From Acidobacteriota bacterium (GTDB lineage Bacteria > Acidobacteriota > Thermoanaerobaculia > Multivoradales > Multivoraceae), in contig JAGWAG010000001.1 in the NCBI GenBank assembly GCA_021296535.1, positions 4,463 to 68,462 on the forward strand: a stretch of 64,000 nucleotides of DNA, given 5' to 3'. Below the pieces are notes generated by a model. The model searched no databases and was not told the origin of the DNA. It saw only the letters and a program-made list of their open reading frames with translations. A program made the translations under genes and the position numbers. Below are positions 32,423-41,062 of this stretch, one piece after another (positions within the stretch are counted from its first letter, which is position 1; each line of letters begins with the position of its first letter).

Positions 32423-33700
32423 GTGAGCGGCTGGAACTCGATTCCCGAGCTGGGCGCGCTCCTCGGCGAGGAAGTCCGCCTGCGCGGCTGGGTCGACGGG
32501 CGGCGTTCGAGCGGCCGGATCGGCTTCATCCAGCTCCGGGAATCGGGCGCCACGGTGCAGCTCGTGATCAGTCGCAAGGAGGTCGACGAGGCGTCGTGGG
32601 AGGCGCTCCAGCACGCGACCCAGGAATCGACCGTCGCCGTGACCGGCACGGCGTCCGCCGATCCGCGCTCGCCAGGCGGAGTCGAGATCCACGTGTCGTC
32701 GCTGGCCTTGGTCCACGGTGCCGACGGCTATCCGATCACGCCGAAAGAGCACGGCACCGCCTTCCTGATGGACCACCGCCACCTCTGGCTGCGCTCGAGC
32801 CGGCAGCGGGCCGTGCTGCGGATCCGCAGCGAGGTCTGCCAGGCGATTCACAACTTCCACCGCGAGCGCGGCTACTACCTGGTCGACTCGCCGATCCTGA
32901 CGCCCGCGGCCTGCGAGGGAACGTCGACCCTGTTCGAGACCCCGTACTTCGACCACGGCAACGCCTACCTCAGCCAGTCCGGCCAGCTCTACCTCGAGCC
33001 CGCGGCCGCCGCACTCGGCAAGGTCTACTGCTTCGGTCCCACGTTCCGGGCCGAAAAGTCGAAGACCCGGCGCCACCTGATGGAGTTCTGGATGGTCGAG
33101 CCGGAGGCCGCCTTCCTCGACTTCGAAGACTTCGTCGTCTACCTCGCGGAGCGGGTGCTTGAACACTGCGCCGACCCACTCAGGGTGCTCGAGAGGGACA
33201 CCTCCAGACTCGAGGCGATCCGTAAGCCCTTCCCCCGCCTCCGCTACGCGGAAGCGATCGATCTCCTCCGCAACCAGGGCTCGGAGATCGAGTTCGGCGA
33301 CGACTTCGGCGCTCCCGAGGAGACCTCGATCGCCGAGGCGTTCGAGCGGCCGGTCATGGTCACCCACTACCCGACCTCGCTCAAGGCCTTCTACATGGAG
33401 CCCGACCCGGACGATCCGACCCTCGCTCTGGCCCTCGACGTGATCGCCCCCGAGGGCTACGGCGAGATCATCGGCGGCAGCCAGCGCATCCACGACCACG
33501 ACCTGCTCCTGTCCCGACTCAAGGAGCATGATCTGCCGATCGAGGCCTTTCAGTGGTACCTCGACATCCGCCGTTACGGTACGTTCGAGCACAGCGGCTT
33601 CGGCATGGGTGTCGAACGCTTCGTCGCCTGGATGGCCGGCGTCCCCCATCTGCGGGAGACGATCCCCTATCCCCGAACGATGGACCGGATCTACCCCTGA
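32423..33700 (+). CDS. asnS: Asparagine--tRNA ligase
   Basis: 425 aa and class IIb, with FRAEKSKTRRHLMEFWMVEPE, LKAFYM, and YLDIRRYGTFEHSGFGMGVERFV. These features fit AsnRS better than AspRS. Confidence 0.85.
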   Translation: MSGWNSIPELGALLGEEVRLRGWVDGRRSSGRIGFIQLRESGATVQLVISRKEVDEASWEALQHATQESTVAVTGTASADPRSPGGVEIHVSSLALVHGADGYPITPKEHGTAFLMDHRHLWLRSSRQRAVLRIRSEVCQAIHNFHRERGYYLVDSPILTPAACEGTSTLFETPYFDHGNAYLSQSGQLYLEPAAAALGKVYCFGPTFRAEKSKTRRHLMEFWMVEPEAAFLDFEDFVVYLAERVLEHCADPLRVLERDTSRLEAIRKPFPRLRYAEAIDLLRNQGSEIEFGDDFGAPEETSIAEAFERPVMVTHYPTSLKAFYMEPDPDDPTLALALDVIAPEGYGEIIGGSQRIHDHDLLLSRLKEHDLPIEAFQWYLDIRRYGTFEHSGFGMGVERFVAWMAGVPHLRETIPYPRTMDRIYP

Positions 33701-34404
33701 CGCTTCGCACCGACGAACTCGAAGAGCGGATCGGCTACCGCTTCAAGAACCGCGACCTGCTCGAGCAGGCACTGACCCACACCTCCTTCGCCAACGAACA
33801 GGGACTGGAGAAGCACAACGAGCGTCTCGAATTCCTGGGCGATTCGGTGTTGGGACTCGTCGCGGCGAGCTGGCTCTACCGGGGTCGACCGCTCGAGCCG
33901 GAGGGCGACCTGTCCCGTGTCAAGTCGCACGTCGTCAGCGCCGAAGTCCTGGCCCGTTTCGCGCACCGCCTGGAGCTCGGTTCGGCACTCCGGCTAGGGC
34001 GCGGCGAAGAGCGCTCCGGCGGACGCGACAAGCAGTCCCTGCTGGCCTGTGCTCTCGAAGCGGTGATCGGAGCCGTGTACATCGACGGTGGTCTGGAGGC
34101 CGCCCGCACCCTGGTCGAGCCGTGGATCGAGTCCGAGGCCACCGAGGCGATCGACACCCCGGACGCGAAGTCCGATCTTCAGGAACTGCTCCAGGCACGG
34201 GGTCTGGCGCCTCCCGTCTACCGGCACGTCGGTCGCGAAGGACCGGACCACGATCCGATCTTCCACGTCGAGTGCCTGATCGACGGCGAAATTGCCGCCG
34301 ACGCCGCCGGCCGATCGAAGAAGGTGGCCGAGCGCCGCGCGGCGCGGCGGGCGCTCGCAGGACTCGCCAATGTCCGCTTGCGCGAACCGAAGACCCCGGC
34401 TTGA
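33697..34404 (+). CDS. rnc: Ribonuclease III (start uncertain: CTG at 33697 or GTG at 33553)
   Basis: Contains ELEERIGYRFKNRDLLEQALTHTSF...NERLEFLGDSVLG plus a C-terminal dsRBD (DAKSDLQELLQ...PIFHVEC...GRSKKVAERRAA). Confidence 0.88.
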   Translation: MTLRTDELEERIGYRFKNRDLLEQALTHTSFANEQGLEKHNERLEFLGDSVLGLVAASWLYRGRPLEPEGDLSRVKSHVVSAEVLARFAHRLELGSALRLGRGEERSGGRDKQSLLACALEAVIGAVYIDGGLEAARTLVEPWIESEATEAIDTPDAKSDLQELLQARGLAPPVYRHVGREGPDHDPIFHVECLIDGEIAADAAGRSKKVAERRAARRALAGLANVRLREPKTPA

Positions 34405-34414
34405 TGACTCCGGC

Positions 34415-36331
34415 TCAGCGCCGCTTGAAGCGACGCTCCAGGTCCCGGTCCGTCAGCTCCAGCACGACCGGCCTTCCGTGCGGGCAGGTGTATGGATGCT
34501 CGCAGGCGAAGAGCTCCCCGATCAGGCTCTCCATCTTCTCCGCCGACAGGGCCTCGTGCATCTTGACCGCCGCCCGGCAGGCCCGGCTTGCCGCCAACTG
34601 GGTCAGGAGGTACTCGGCCAGCGCCTCCTCCTCGCTCGGCAGCTCGTCGCCGCCGGCGACACGGGTCGCGATACGGAGCACCAGGCTCTCCGCCTCGGCG
34701 TCCGGCAGCACCGCGGGGATCGCCGTGATCGCGGCGCTGCCGCCGGAGAGGCTGCTGACCGAGTAGCCGCACCGCGCGAGGCCCGCGGAGCATTCGGCCA
34801 GCGCCGCGTTCTCCGCCACGGAGAGCTCCAGCACGCGGGGCATGAGCAGCGTCTGACTCCTGGACTCCTGCTCGGCAAGACTGAGGCGGAACCGCTCGTA
34901 GAGGATGCGCTCGTGGGCCACGTGCTGGTCGACGACAAGCAACGACTCAGGTCCCTCGAGCAGGATCATCGTTCCCTTGTACTGCCCGATCAGCCGGAGC
35001 GACTCCCGGCCCTTCCCCGACAGGGGGACCGGGGAGGAGGGCTGCGGCCGGTAGGCGACCTCCGCCAGCTTTCCCGCCGGCCCGGGCTGGGCACCGCCGT
35101 AGCGGGCGGCAAGCTCAGCCGCCCACGCGGGAGCCTCGGGCGCCGGATCGCCTTCTTCTGAGTGACCCTCTCCTGCCGCGCCGGCGCGGCGCCAGGACAC
35201 CGCGCGTCCGGTCTCACGGACCTGCCCGGCGCCGGTCCAGGCCGGGGGCGCCACGGGTCCGCCGAGCTCCCGCAGGGGCGCCGGCTCCTCGCCCTTGGCC
35301 GCCTCCAGCCCTTTGCGGAGCGCGCTGCCGATACGCCCGAGAATCGCCGCGTCGCGAAAGCGGACCTCCGCCTTCTGCGGGTGAACGTTCACGTCGACCG
35401 ATTCCGGGGGCACGTCGAGGAACAGGAACAAGGCTGGCGCCGGGTCGCCCTTCATCAGGTCCCGGACCGCCTTGTAGTAGATGGCGAGCACGGCCCGGTC
35501 GCGCAACAGGCGACCGTTGACGAAGACGAACTGCCGTCTGCCCCTGGAAGTCTCACGGTCGCCGACGAAACCGTCGACGCCCTGCCGCCTCCTGGCCTCG
35601 GGCAGCGGAATCAGGTGATTCGCCAGATCGGGGCCGAACAGCTGGGCAATCCGTTCGAGCCGGCCAGCCGAGTCGATTCCGGTCGCCTGGGCGCGCAGAA
35701 CCTCTCGCAGGGGAGACGCTCCGTCGGGAGCGTGGCGCAGAACGAAGGTCACATCCGGACGCGCCAGGGCGTATCCCTGAACCACCGTCGTCGCATGCCG
35801 CAGTTCGGTTGCCGGCCGCTTGAGGAACTGCTTGCGCGCCGGCACGTTGTAGAACAACGACTCCACCGTCACCGTGGTCCCGCGCGGCCGGCTCACCGGC
35901 TCATCGATCGCTACCTTCCCGCCCTCGACCAGGAGCCTGTGGCCCTCGCCGGGGCTTTGCGCCGTGAGCAGTTCGCATTTGGAGACGGCGGCGATCGAAG
36001 ACAACGCCTCGCCCCGGAAACCAAGGGTCGCGACCTCGAGCAGGTCCTCGAAAGAGCCAATCTTGCTCGTTGCGTGGCGCTCGACCGCCAGAATCGCTTC
36101 TTCGCCCGCGATGCCGCTGCCGTCGTCCGTGACCACGATCAGGTCCTTGCCGCCGTTCGTCAGGTCGACCTCGAGCCGCGACGCACCGGCGTCGAGCGCG
36201 TTCTCGACGAGTTCCTTGACCACGGACGACGGTCGCTCGATCACCTCGCCCGCCGCGATCTTGGAGATCAGCGTGTCGGGCAGCCGCTGCAGCGGGCGGC
36301 GCGCCGGCGCACTCTCGAAGTCGGCGCCCAT
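34415..36331 (-). CDS. mutL: DNA mismatch repair endonuclease MutL
   Basis: Has the GHKL ATPase N-terminus (IAAGEVIERPSSVVKELVENALDAG), the endonuclease motif DQHVAHERILYE, and a C-terminal CPHGRP. Confidence 0.93.
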   Translation of the reverse strand: MGADFESAPARRPLQRLPDTLISKIAAGEVIERPSSVVKELVENALDAGASRLEVDLTNGGKDLIVVTDDGSGIAGEEAILAVERHATSKIGSFEDLLEVATLGFRGEALSSIAAVSKCELLTAQSPGEGHRLLVEGGKVAIDEPVSRPRGTTVTVESLFYNVPARKQFLKRPATELRHATTVVQGYALARPDVTFVLRHAPDGASPLREVLRAQATGIDSAGRLERIAQLFGPDLANHLIPLPEARRRQGVDGFVGDRETSRGRRQFVFVNGRLLRDRAVLAIYYKAVRDLMKGDPAPALFLFLDVPPESVDVNVHPQKAEVRFRDAAILGRIGSALRKGLEAAKGEEPAPLRELGGPVAPPAWTGAGQVRETGRAVSWRRAGAAGEGHSEEGDPAPEAPAWAAELAARYGGAQPGPAGKLAEVAYRPQPSSPVPLSGKGRESLRLIGQYKGTMILLEGPESLLVVDQHVAHERILYERFRLSLAEQESRSQTLLMPRVLELSVAENAALAECSAGLARCGYSVSSLSGGSAAITAIPAVLPDAEAESLVLRIATRVAGGDELPSEEEALAEYLLTQLAASRACRAAVKMHEALSAEKMESLIGELFACEHPYTCPHGRPVVLELTDRDLERRFKRR

Positions 36332-37095
36332 CAGGGCGCGAGGTCCCGCAGCGTCCGCTGCATCACGCCGTAGCTTCGGAGTTCCTTGCCCAGGAAGGCA
36401 CGCCGTACCTCCCGCGCGATCGCCTCAACCGACTTGAGCGTCGACTCCTCGAACCCTCCGTTCTCCTGCAACCGGGAGAGATCGGCGCGGCCGATGCGGC
36501 GCAGGAAGGAAAGTGCCGTTTCGCCGACCCGGCGATTCGCGCCGGCGCCCGCGCCGCACGAAGGGCACAGAAAGCCTTGCCCTTCGACCGCCAGCATCGC
36601 CTCGTCACCGAGCTCGTTGCCGCAGGACGGGCACTGCCGGGGCGCCGGGAACACGCCGGAGAGCCGCAGGGTCCAGCATTCCAGGTAGCGCGCCGCCAGG
36701 GAGCGATCGCAACCGGCAATCAGCGCCTGCACGGTCGAATCCAGGAGCCGGTAGAGGTGATTGTCCGGCTCGTCCTCCTGGGCGAACACCTGCATGTGCT
36801 CGGCGAGATACGAAGAGACGAGAATCCCCTCGAGGTCGGTATGCAGGGCTCCGGGACTCCTGATCATCTCCGCGTCGCCGAGCCGGACCAGATCACGGTC
36901 CGGCTTCTCGAACCAGGACAGGTGAACCTTCGCAAGCTGCTGCAACTCGCCGCCGAAGCGGCTGAAGCGCGCCCGGGCGCTGCGCGCGGCGCCTCGCTTC
37001 AGCCCCCAGTCACGGCTGAGAAAGACGACGATCCGGTCGCGCTCGTGGAGATCGATCGTCTGAAGCAGCAGTGCCTCGCCGCTTCGCCGCTTCAT
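36331..37095 (-). CDS. recO: DNA repair protein RecO
   Basis: 254 aa, with an OB-fold N-terminus (GEALLLQTIDLHERDRIVVFL) and the zinc motif CPSCGN...CPSCG. The stop overlaps the mutL ATG (ATGA). Confidence 0.88.
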   Translation of the reverse strand: MKRRSGEALLLQTIDLHERDRIVVFLSRDWGLKRGAARSARARFSRFGGELQQLAKVHLSWFEKPDRDLVRLGDAEMIRSPGALHTDLEGILVSSYLAEHMQVFAQEDEPDNHLYRLLDSTVQALIAGCDRSLAARYLECWTLRLSGVFPAPRQCPSCGNELGDEAMLAVEGQGFLCPSCGAGAGANRRVGETALSFLRRIGRADLSRLQENGGFEESTLKSVEAIAREVRRAFLGKELRSYGVMQRTLRDLAP

Positions 37096-37110
37096 CGCGT
37101 CATCGCTCGT

Positions 37111-38481
37111 TCAGCGGACCAGCCAGTCGATCATCAGGGTGGCGAGACCGAAGTACACGAGGATGCCGGTGATGTCACTGGACGTCGTGACCATGGGGCC
37201 GCTGGCCACCGCCGGGTCGATGCCCATCCGCTCGAAGGCCATCGGCAGCAGCGAGCCGATCAGCGAGGCGAGCACAATCGCGAGAAAGAGCGAACTCGCC
37301 ACCACCGCGCTGAAGGCCGGGTTCTGTTCGAGGAACGCAGCGACTCCCGCGGCGACCGTCGAGCAGACCAGGCCCACGACGAGACCGATCCGGATCTGCT
37401 GCATCAGGAAGCGCCGCATCCGGCCGCCGCCCTCGCCGATCCTGCCGGTGGCCAGGCCGCGCACGGTCAGCGTCATCGTCTGACTGCCGATGTTGCCGCC
37501 CATGCCCATGACCACCGGTGCGAAGGCGAGCAGAAAGACCTCGTTCAGTCTCAACTGGAACTGCTTCATCAGAACACCGGTCAGAGTCAGACCGATCAGG
37601 TTGACGAGCAACCAGGGCAGCCGGATGCCGGCTACGCGCCAGGACCGTTCCCGGTACAGCAGCTCGTCGTCCGAGGTCCCGACCATCTTGTAGAAGTCCT
37701 CTTCCGCCTCCTCCTGCACGATGTCGATCACGTCGTCGACCGTCACGAGGCCCAGCAGGCGGCGGCGGTCGTCGACGACCGGGATGGCGAGGAAGTCGTA
37801 GCGCGACGCGAGCCGCGCCACGTCCTCCTGGTCCGTATCCGTGTGCGCGGTGACGAGACCACGGTTCATGATCTCGCCAAGGGTGCGGCTCGGTACCGAG
37901 AGCAGGAGTTCCCGCAGCGACAGGACACCGGCCAGGCGGCCCTCCGGATCGACGACGTAGAGGTAGAAGATCATCTCGACCTCGCCGTGCTCGCGAATCT
38001 TGGCGATCGCGTCGCCGGCCGGCGTGTCCTCCGGCAGGGAGAAAAACTCCGTGTTCATGATCCGCCCGGCCGTGTCCTCCTCGTAGGCGAACTGGGTCTG
38101 GAGTTCGTCCCGGTCGGGCCGGTCGAGCAGAGCCAGCACGGACTCGCGCAGCTCCTCTTCGAGACCGTCGACGATCTCGACGCTGTCGTCGACCGCCAAC
38201 GGCGCGAGCAGCCCCGCGATCTCGGACGGCGCGAGCTCCTCGAGCAACGGCCGCCGCTCACCGGGCTCCAGTTCCAGCAACACCTCGCCGGCCGAGTCCG
38301 GGTAGTCCTCGAGCGCGAGGCGGACGACGAACAACTGCTCCGTCGGCACGAGCTTCCGCAGCGCGGCGGCGACGTCTCCGGGCCGCACCTTGCTCAGCAC
38401 GCGCGACAGGTTGCGGCGCGCGCCGCGGCGCGCGAGCCGGCGCATCGTGTCGCCGAGAATCTCTACCCGCTGGGTGGACAT
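37111..38481 (-). CDS. mgtE: Magnesium transporter MgtE
   Basis: 456 aa, with an MgtE N-domain, a CBS pair (IMNTEFFSLPEDT..., VVDDRRRLLGLVTVDDVIDIV), and a TM domain containing GMGGNIGSQ and SSDITGI. Confidence 0.93.
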   Translation of the reverse strand: MSTQRVEILGDTMRRLARRGARRNLSRVLSKVRPGDVAAALRKLVPTEQLFVVRLALEDYPDSAGEVLLELEPGERRPLLEELAPSEIAGLLAPLAVDDSVEIVDGLEEELRESVLALLDRPDRDELQTQFAYEEDTAGRIMNTEFFSLPEDTPAGDAIAKIREHGEVEMIFYLYVVDPEGRLAGVLSLRELLLSVPSRTLGEIMNRGLVTAHTDTDQEDVARLASRYDFLAIPVVDDRRRLLGLVTVDDVIDIVQEEAEEDFYKMVGTSDDELLYRERSWRVAGIRLPWLLVNLIGLTLTGVLMKQFQLRLNEVFLLAFAPVVMGMGGNIGSQTMTLTVRGLATGRIGEGGGRMRRFLMQQIRIGLVVGLVCSTVAAGVAAFLEQNPAFSAVVASSLFLAIVLASLIGSLLPMAFERMGIDPAVASGPMVTTSSDITGILVYFGLATLMIDWLVR

Positions 38482-38637
38482 GGCGGGCGGAATCGTACCA
38501 GCCGGGTCCCACGGCCGGTGCCGGCCGCGCCGCCTACGGCACCCCTAAGCTAAGGGAATTCAGCGAGTTGGGGGCACCTGGAAAGCGCCTCCGATCAGCC
38601 GCTCGTCGCGCGACCCTGCCGCCCGTGATCCGGCCGC

Positions 38638-39105
38638 CTACTCGACCTCGAAAACGGCGTCGATTTCCACGGGAACGTTGAACGGCAGCTTGTTCGTGCC
38701 GACCGCGAAGCGGGCGTGCCGCCCCTTGCCGCCGAAGACCTCCACCATCAGATCGGAGGCACCGTTGATCACCGCCGGGTGGTTGTCGAAGTCGTCGCTG
38801 CAGTTGACGAAGCCGCCGAGTTTCACGCAACGGACGACGCGCTCCAGGTCGCCGTCGCAGGCTGCCGCGACGACAGCCACGATGTTCACCCCGACCAGGC
38901 GGGCGGCCTCCTGCGCCTCCTCCAGCGAGTAGTCCACACCCACCTTGCCTCGGTACGCCAACCGCCCGTCCTTCACCGGCACCTGACCGGAAACGAACAC
39001 CAGCGATCCGGTGCGCACGAACGGCACGTAGTTCGCGGCCGGCGCCGCGGGTTCGGGGAGTTCCAGGCCGAGCGCTTCGAGACGCTCCTTGACTGTCTTC
39101 GTCAT
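38638..39105 (-). CDS. RidA/YjgF-family protein
   Basis: 155 aa, with LVFVSGQVP...VVRCVKLGGFVN...FAVGTNKLPFNVPVEIDAVFEV. Confidence 0.85.
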   Translation of the reverse strand: MTKTVKERLEALGLELPEPAAPAANYVPFVRTGSLVFVSGQVPVKDGRLAYRGKVGVDYSLEEAQEAARLVGVNIVAVVAAACDGDLERVVRCVKLGGFVNCSDDFDNHPAVINGASDLMVEVFGGKGRHARFAVGTNKLPFNVPVEIDAVFEVE

Positions 39106-39121
39106 CGAAACAGGCTCCTGC

Positions 39122-40042
39122 CTACGAGTAGGCGGCGAACAGCTCCTCGAACGCCTTGATCTGGTTGCCGGCCGCCGACGACGGCACCAGGATCGGCGTG
39201 CCGATGCCGGCGTCGAACCATCGCTCGACCCCCTCGCGCACCTCCGCCGCGGTGCCGAACAGCGTGCAATCGGCCAGCCAGCGATCCGAGAGCAACGCCG
39301 GAATGCGGTCCATCTCGCCCTGCTCGACTGCCTGCTCCACCGCCTCCATCTCCTCGACGTAGCCGGCCGCCTTCCAGTAGTTGCGGTAGTTCGGCAGCAG
39401 GGCGTAGCGGGAAAGCGTCTTCCGGTTGCGCGCCGCCGCCAGGTCGCGGTCGTCGGAAATGACCGTCGGGATCATGTTGCCGACGAAGAAGCCGGGATCG
39501 GCGGCCCTTCCCCCCGTTGCCGCCAGGGAATGCGCCATGTGGGAGCGGGCGCCATTCGCGAACACCATGCCGTCGCCGATCTCCGCGGCGGTGGCGATCA
39601 TCCGGTCGCGCAGCGTGGCGAGGACGATCGGCGGCAGTTCGCCGGCGCCACGCACCGCCTTCAGTTCGTCGACGAAGGAGCGGATGTCGCCCAGCGGCTT
39701 GCCGACGGTGACGCCCAACCGCGCGTGAGCCGGCGCGTGCCCGACGCCGACGCCGAACCGGAAACGGCCCCGGGACACTTCGTGGATGAAGGACGCCGTG
39801 TGGGCGAACTCCGTCACGTGGCGGGTGTAGATGTTCACGATCGAGGTGCCGAAGTGGATGCGCTCCGTACGCAGCGCGATCGCCTCGCAGAGCGCCAGAC
39901 CGTCGCCCATGCTCGGACAGTAGATGCCGCTGAATCCGCGGCGTTCGATCTCCGCCGCCAGGTCGAGGGTCATCCGGCGGCGGCTGGGCACGGCGGCGAG
40001 GGAAATCGCAGGGGCGCGTTCGCCTGAGGATGTGGTCGTCAT
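39122..40042 (-). CDS. LLM-class (luciferase-like) flavin/F420-dependent oxidoreductase
   Basis: 306 aa, with the luciferase-like pattern GFSGIYCPSMGDGLALCEAIALRTERIHFGTSIVNIYTRH...GRFRFGVGVGH. Confidence 0.82.
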   Translation of the reverse strand: MTTTSSGERAPAISLAAVPSRRRMTLDLAAEIERRGFSGIYCPSMGDGLALCEAIALRTERIHFGTSIVNIYTRHVTEFAHTASFIHEVSRGRFRFGVGVGHAPAHARLGVTVGKPLGDIRSFVDELKAVRGAGELPPIVLATLRDRMIATAAEIGDGMVFANGARSHMAHSLAATGGRAADPGFFVGNMIPTVISDDRDLAAARNRKTLSRYALLPNYRNYWKAAGYVEEMEAVEQAVEQGEMDRIPALLSDRWLADCTLFGTAAEVREGVERWFDAGIGTPILVPSSAAGNQIKAFEELFAAYS

Positions 40043-40340
40043 GGCCGCGGCAGGGTATCAGCGTCTGAGGCTGTCCCGGACCCGATTTACGCCGCCTTCG
40101 CGACCCGGAACTGGACCCACAGGTCCACGCGGAAGTGCGTTCGGCCTGCGGGAAGCTCGCGGGAGTGCGCGTACTCCGGCTGCACGGAGGCCTGCTCAGC
40201 CAAGCGCAGCTCGACCGCAGCCAGCACATCTACCGTTTCCTCCTATCCGTAGCCGCCTGAGCGCCCCGAGCCGCCAGCAGTTCACCGGTCCTAGGGCGGC
40301 GATACACTCCAGGATGTCCCAAGGAGGAGCCCCGAGGAAC

Positions 40341-40607
40341 ATGCACGAACAACGACGAGAACCAGGAACTCCCGTGACCAGAGTGGCGTCTGAGGGCACG
40401 ATGAGAGTCATCGACAGGAATCCCGGGATTCTGGGCGGCACGCCCGTCTTCACGGGAACGCGGGTTCCTGTGAGGATCCTGATGGAGCATCTCGAGGCCG
40501 GTGACCGGCTCGACGAGTTCCTGGACGACTACCCCACAGTGAAGAGGGAGCAGGCCGTCGCATTGCTCGAACGGATGACGGCGCAACTGATGCGCGAAGT
40601 CGAGTGA
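40341..40607 (+). CDS. DUF433-domain protein (putative antitoxin); the alternative start at 40401 is the one used for the DUF433 length in my analysis, 40341 being the longest option
   Basis: Contains IDRNPGILGGTPVFTGTRVPVRILMEHLEAGDRLDEFLDDYPTVKREQAVALLE. An AAGGAGGA sequence lies 12 nt before the ATG at 40341. Confidence 0.8.
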   Translation: MHEQRREPGTPVTRVASEGTMRVIDRNPGILGGTPVFTGTRVPVRILMEHLEAGDRLDEFLDDYPTVKREQAVALLERMTAQLMREVE

Positions 40608-40930
40608 GGGTGTTGCTCGACGAATCCGTGCCAAGGCGACTCGGGGCGGCGTTCCCCAAGCCCTTTGAAATCCACACGGTGCGGCAGATGGGTTGGGCAG
40701 GCTACTTGAACGGGCGCCTGCTGCGCCTTGCCGCAGACCGCGGCTTCGGAGCCCTCGTCACGGTTGACCGGGGTTTCGAGCACCAGCAGAACCTCCAGGA
40801 ACTCCCGATCCCCGTCGTCATCATGATCGCTCGGCGCACCCGCTTGCAGGAACTGCGACCCCTGGTTGGGAAGGTGGTCGCTCTTCTGTCTGCCGACACC
40901 GAACGTCGCATTCACCGCGTCGCGGCCTGA
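40604..40930 (+). CDS. DUF5615-family PIN-like protein (putative toxin partner of DUF433)
   Basis: 108 aa, with (M)RVLLDESVPRRL...LVTVDRGF...IPVVIM. The GTG start overlaps the upstream stop (GTGA). Confidence 0.75.
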   Translation: MRVLLDESVPRRLGAAFPKPFEIHTVRQMGWAGYLNGRLLRLAADRGFGALVTVDRGFEHQQNLQELPIPVVIMIARRTRLQELRPLVGKVVALLSADTERRIHRVAA

Positions 40931-41062
40931 GCACGCGGTCGAGTTGCGCGCCGGCGAGAGAAGCCGGAGCCACCGCTAGACAGGAAGACCACGGCTTCTC
41001 GCTCGCAGCGTGAGCGGCAGTGCCCAAGGCCCTGCTGTCCTTGCGGCTACGCTACGGCCCCG

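Noticed and set aside
38482-38637. Possible Mg2+ (M-box) riboswitch in the 156-nt region upstream of mgtE.
   Set aside because: Only a weak CTTAGGGGTGCC resemblance to the M-box 5' core is present. The remaining conserved segments are absent, and the space between that match and the ATG is too short for the roughly 160-nt aptamer. An Infernal scan would be needed to revive this idea.
39102-40229. A 375-aa ORF with a good Shine-Dalgarno-plus-ATG context (GGAGGAAACGGTAGATG) on the minus strand.
   Set aside because: It runs through the entire LLM oxidoreductase gene in a different frame, and its translation is Arg/Gly/Pro junk. The Shine-Dalgarno sequence is more plausibly associated with the 46-codon GTG ORF reported in the findings.
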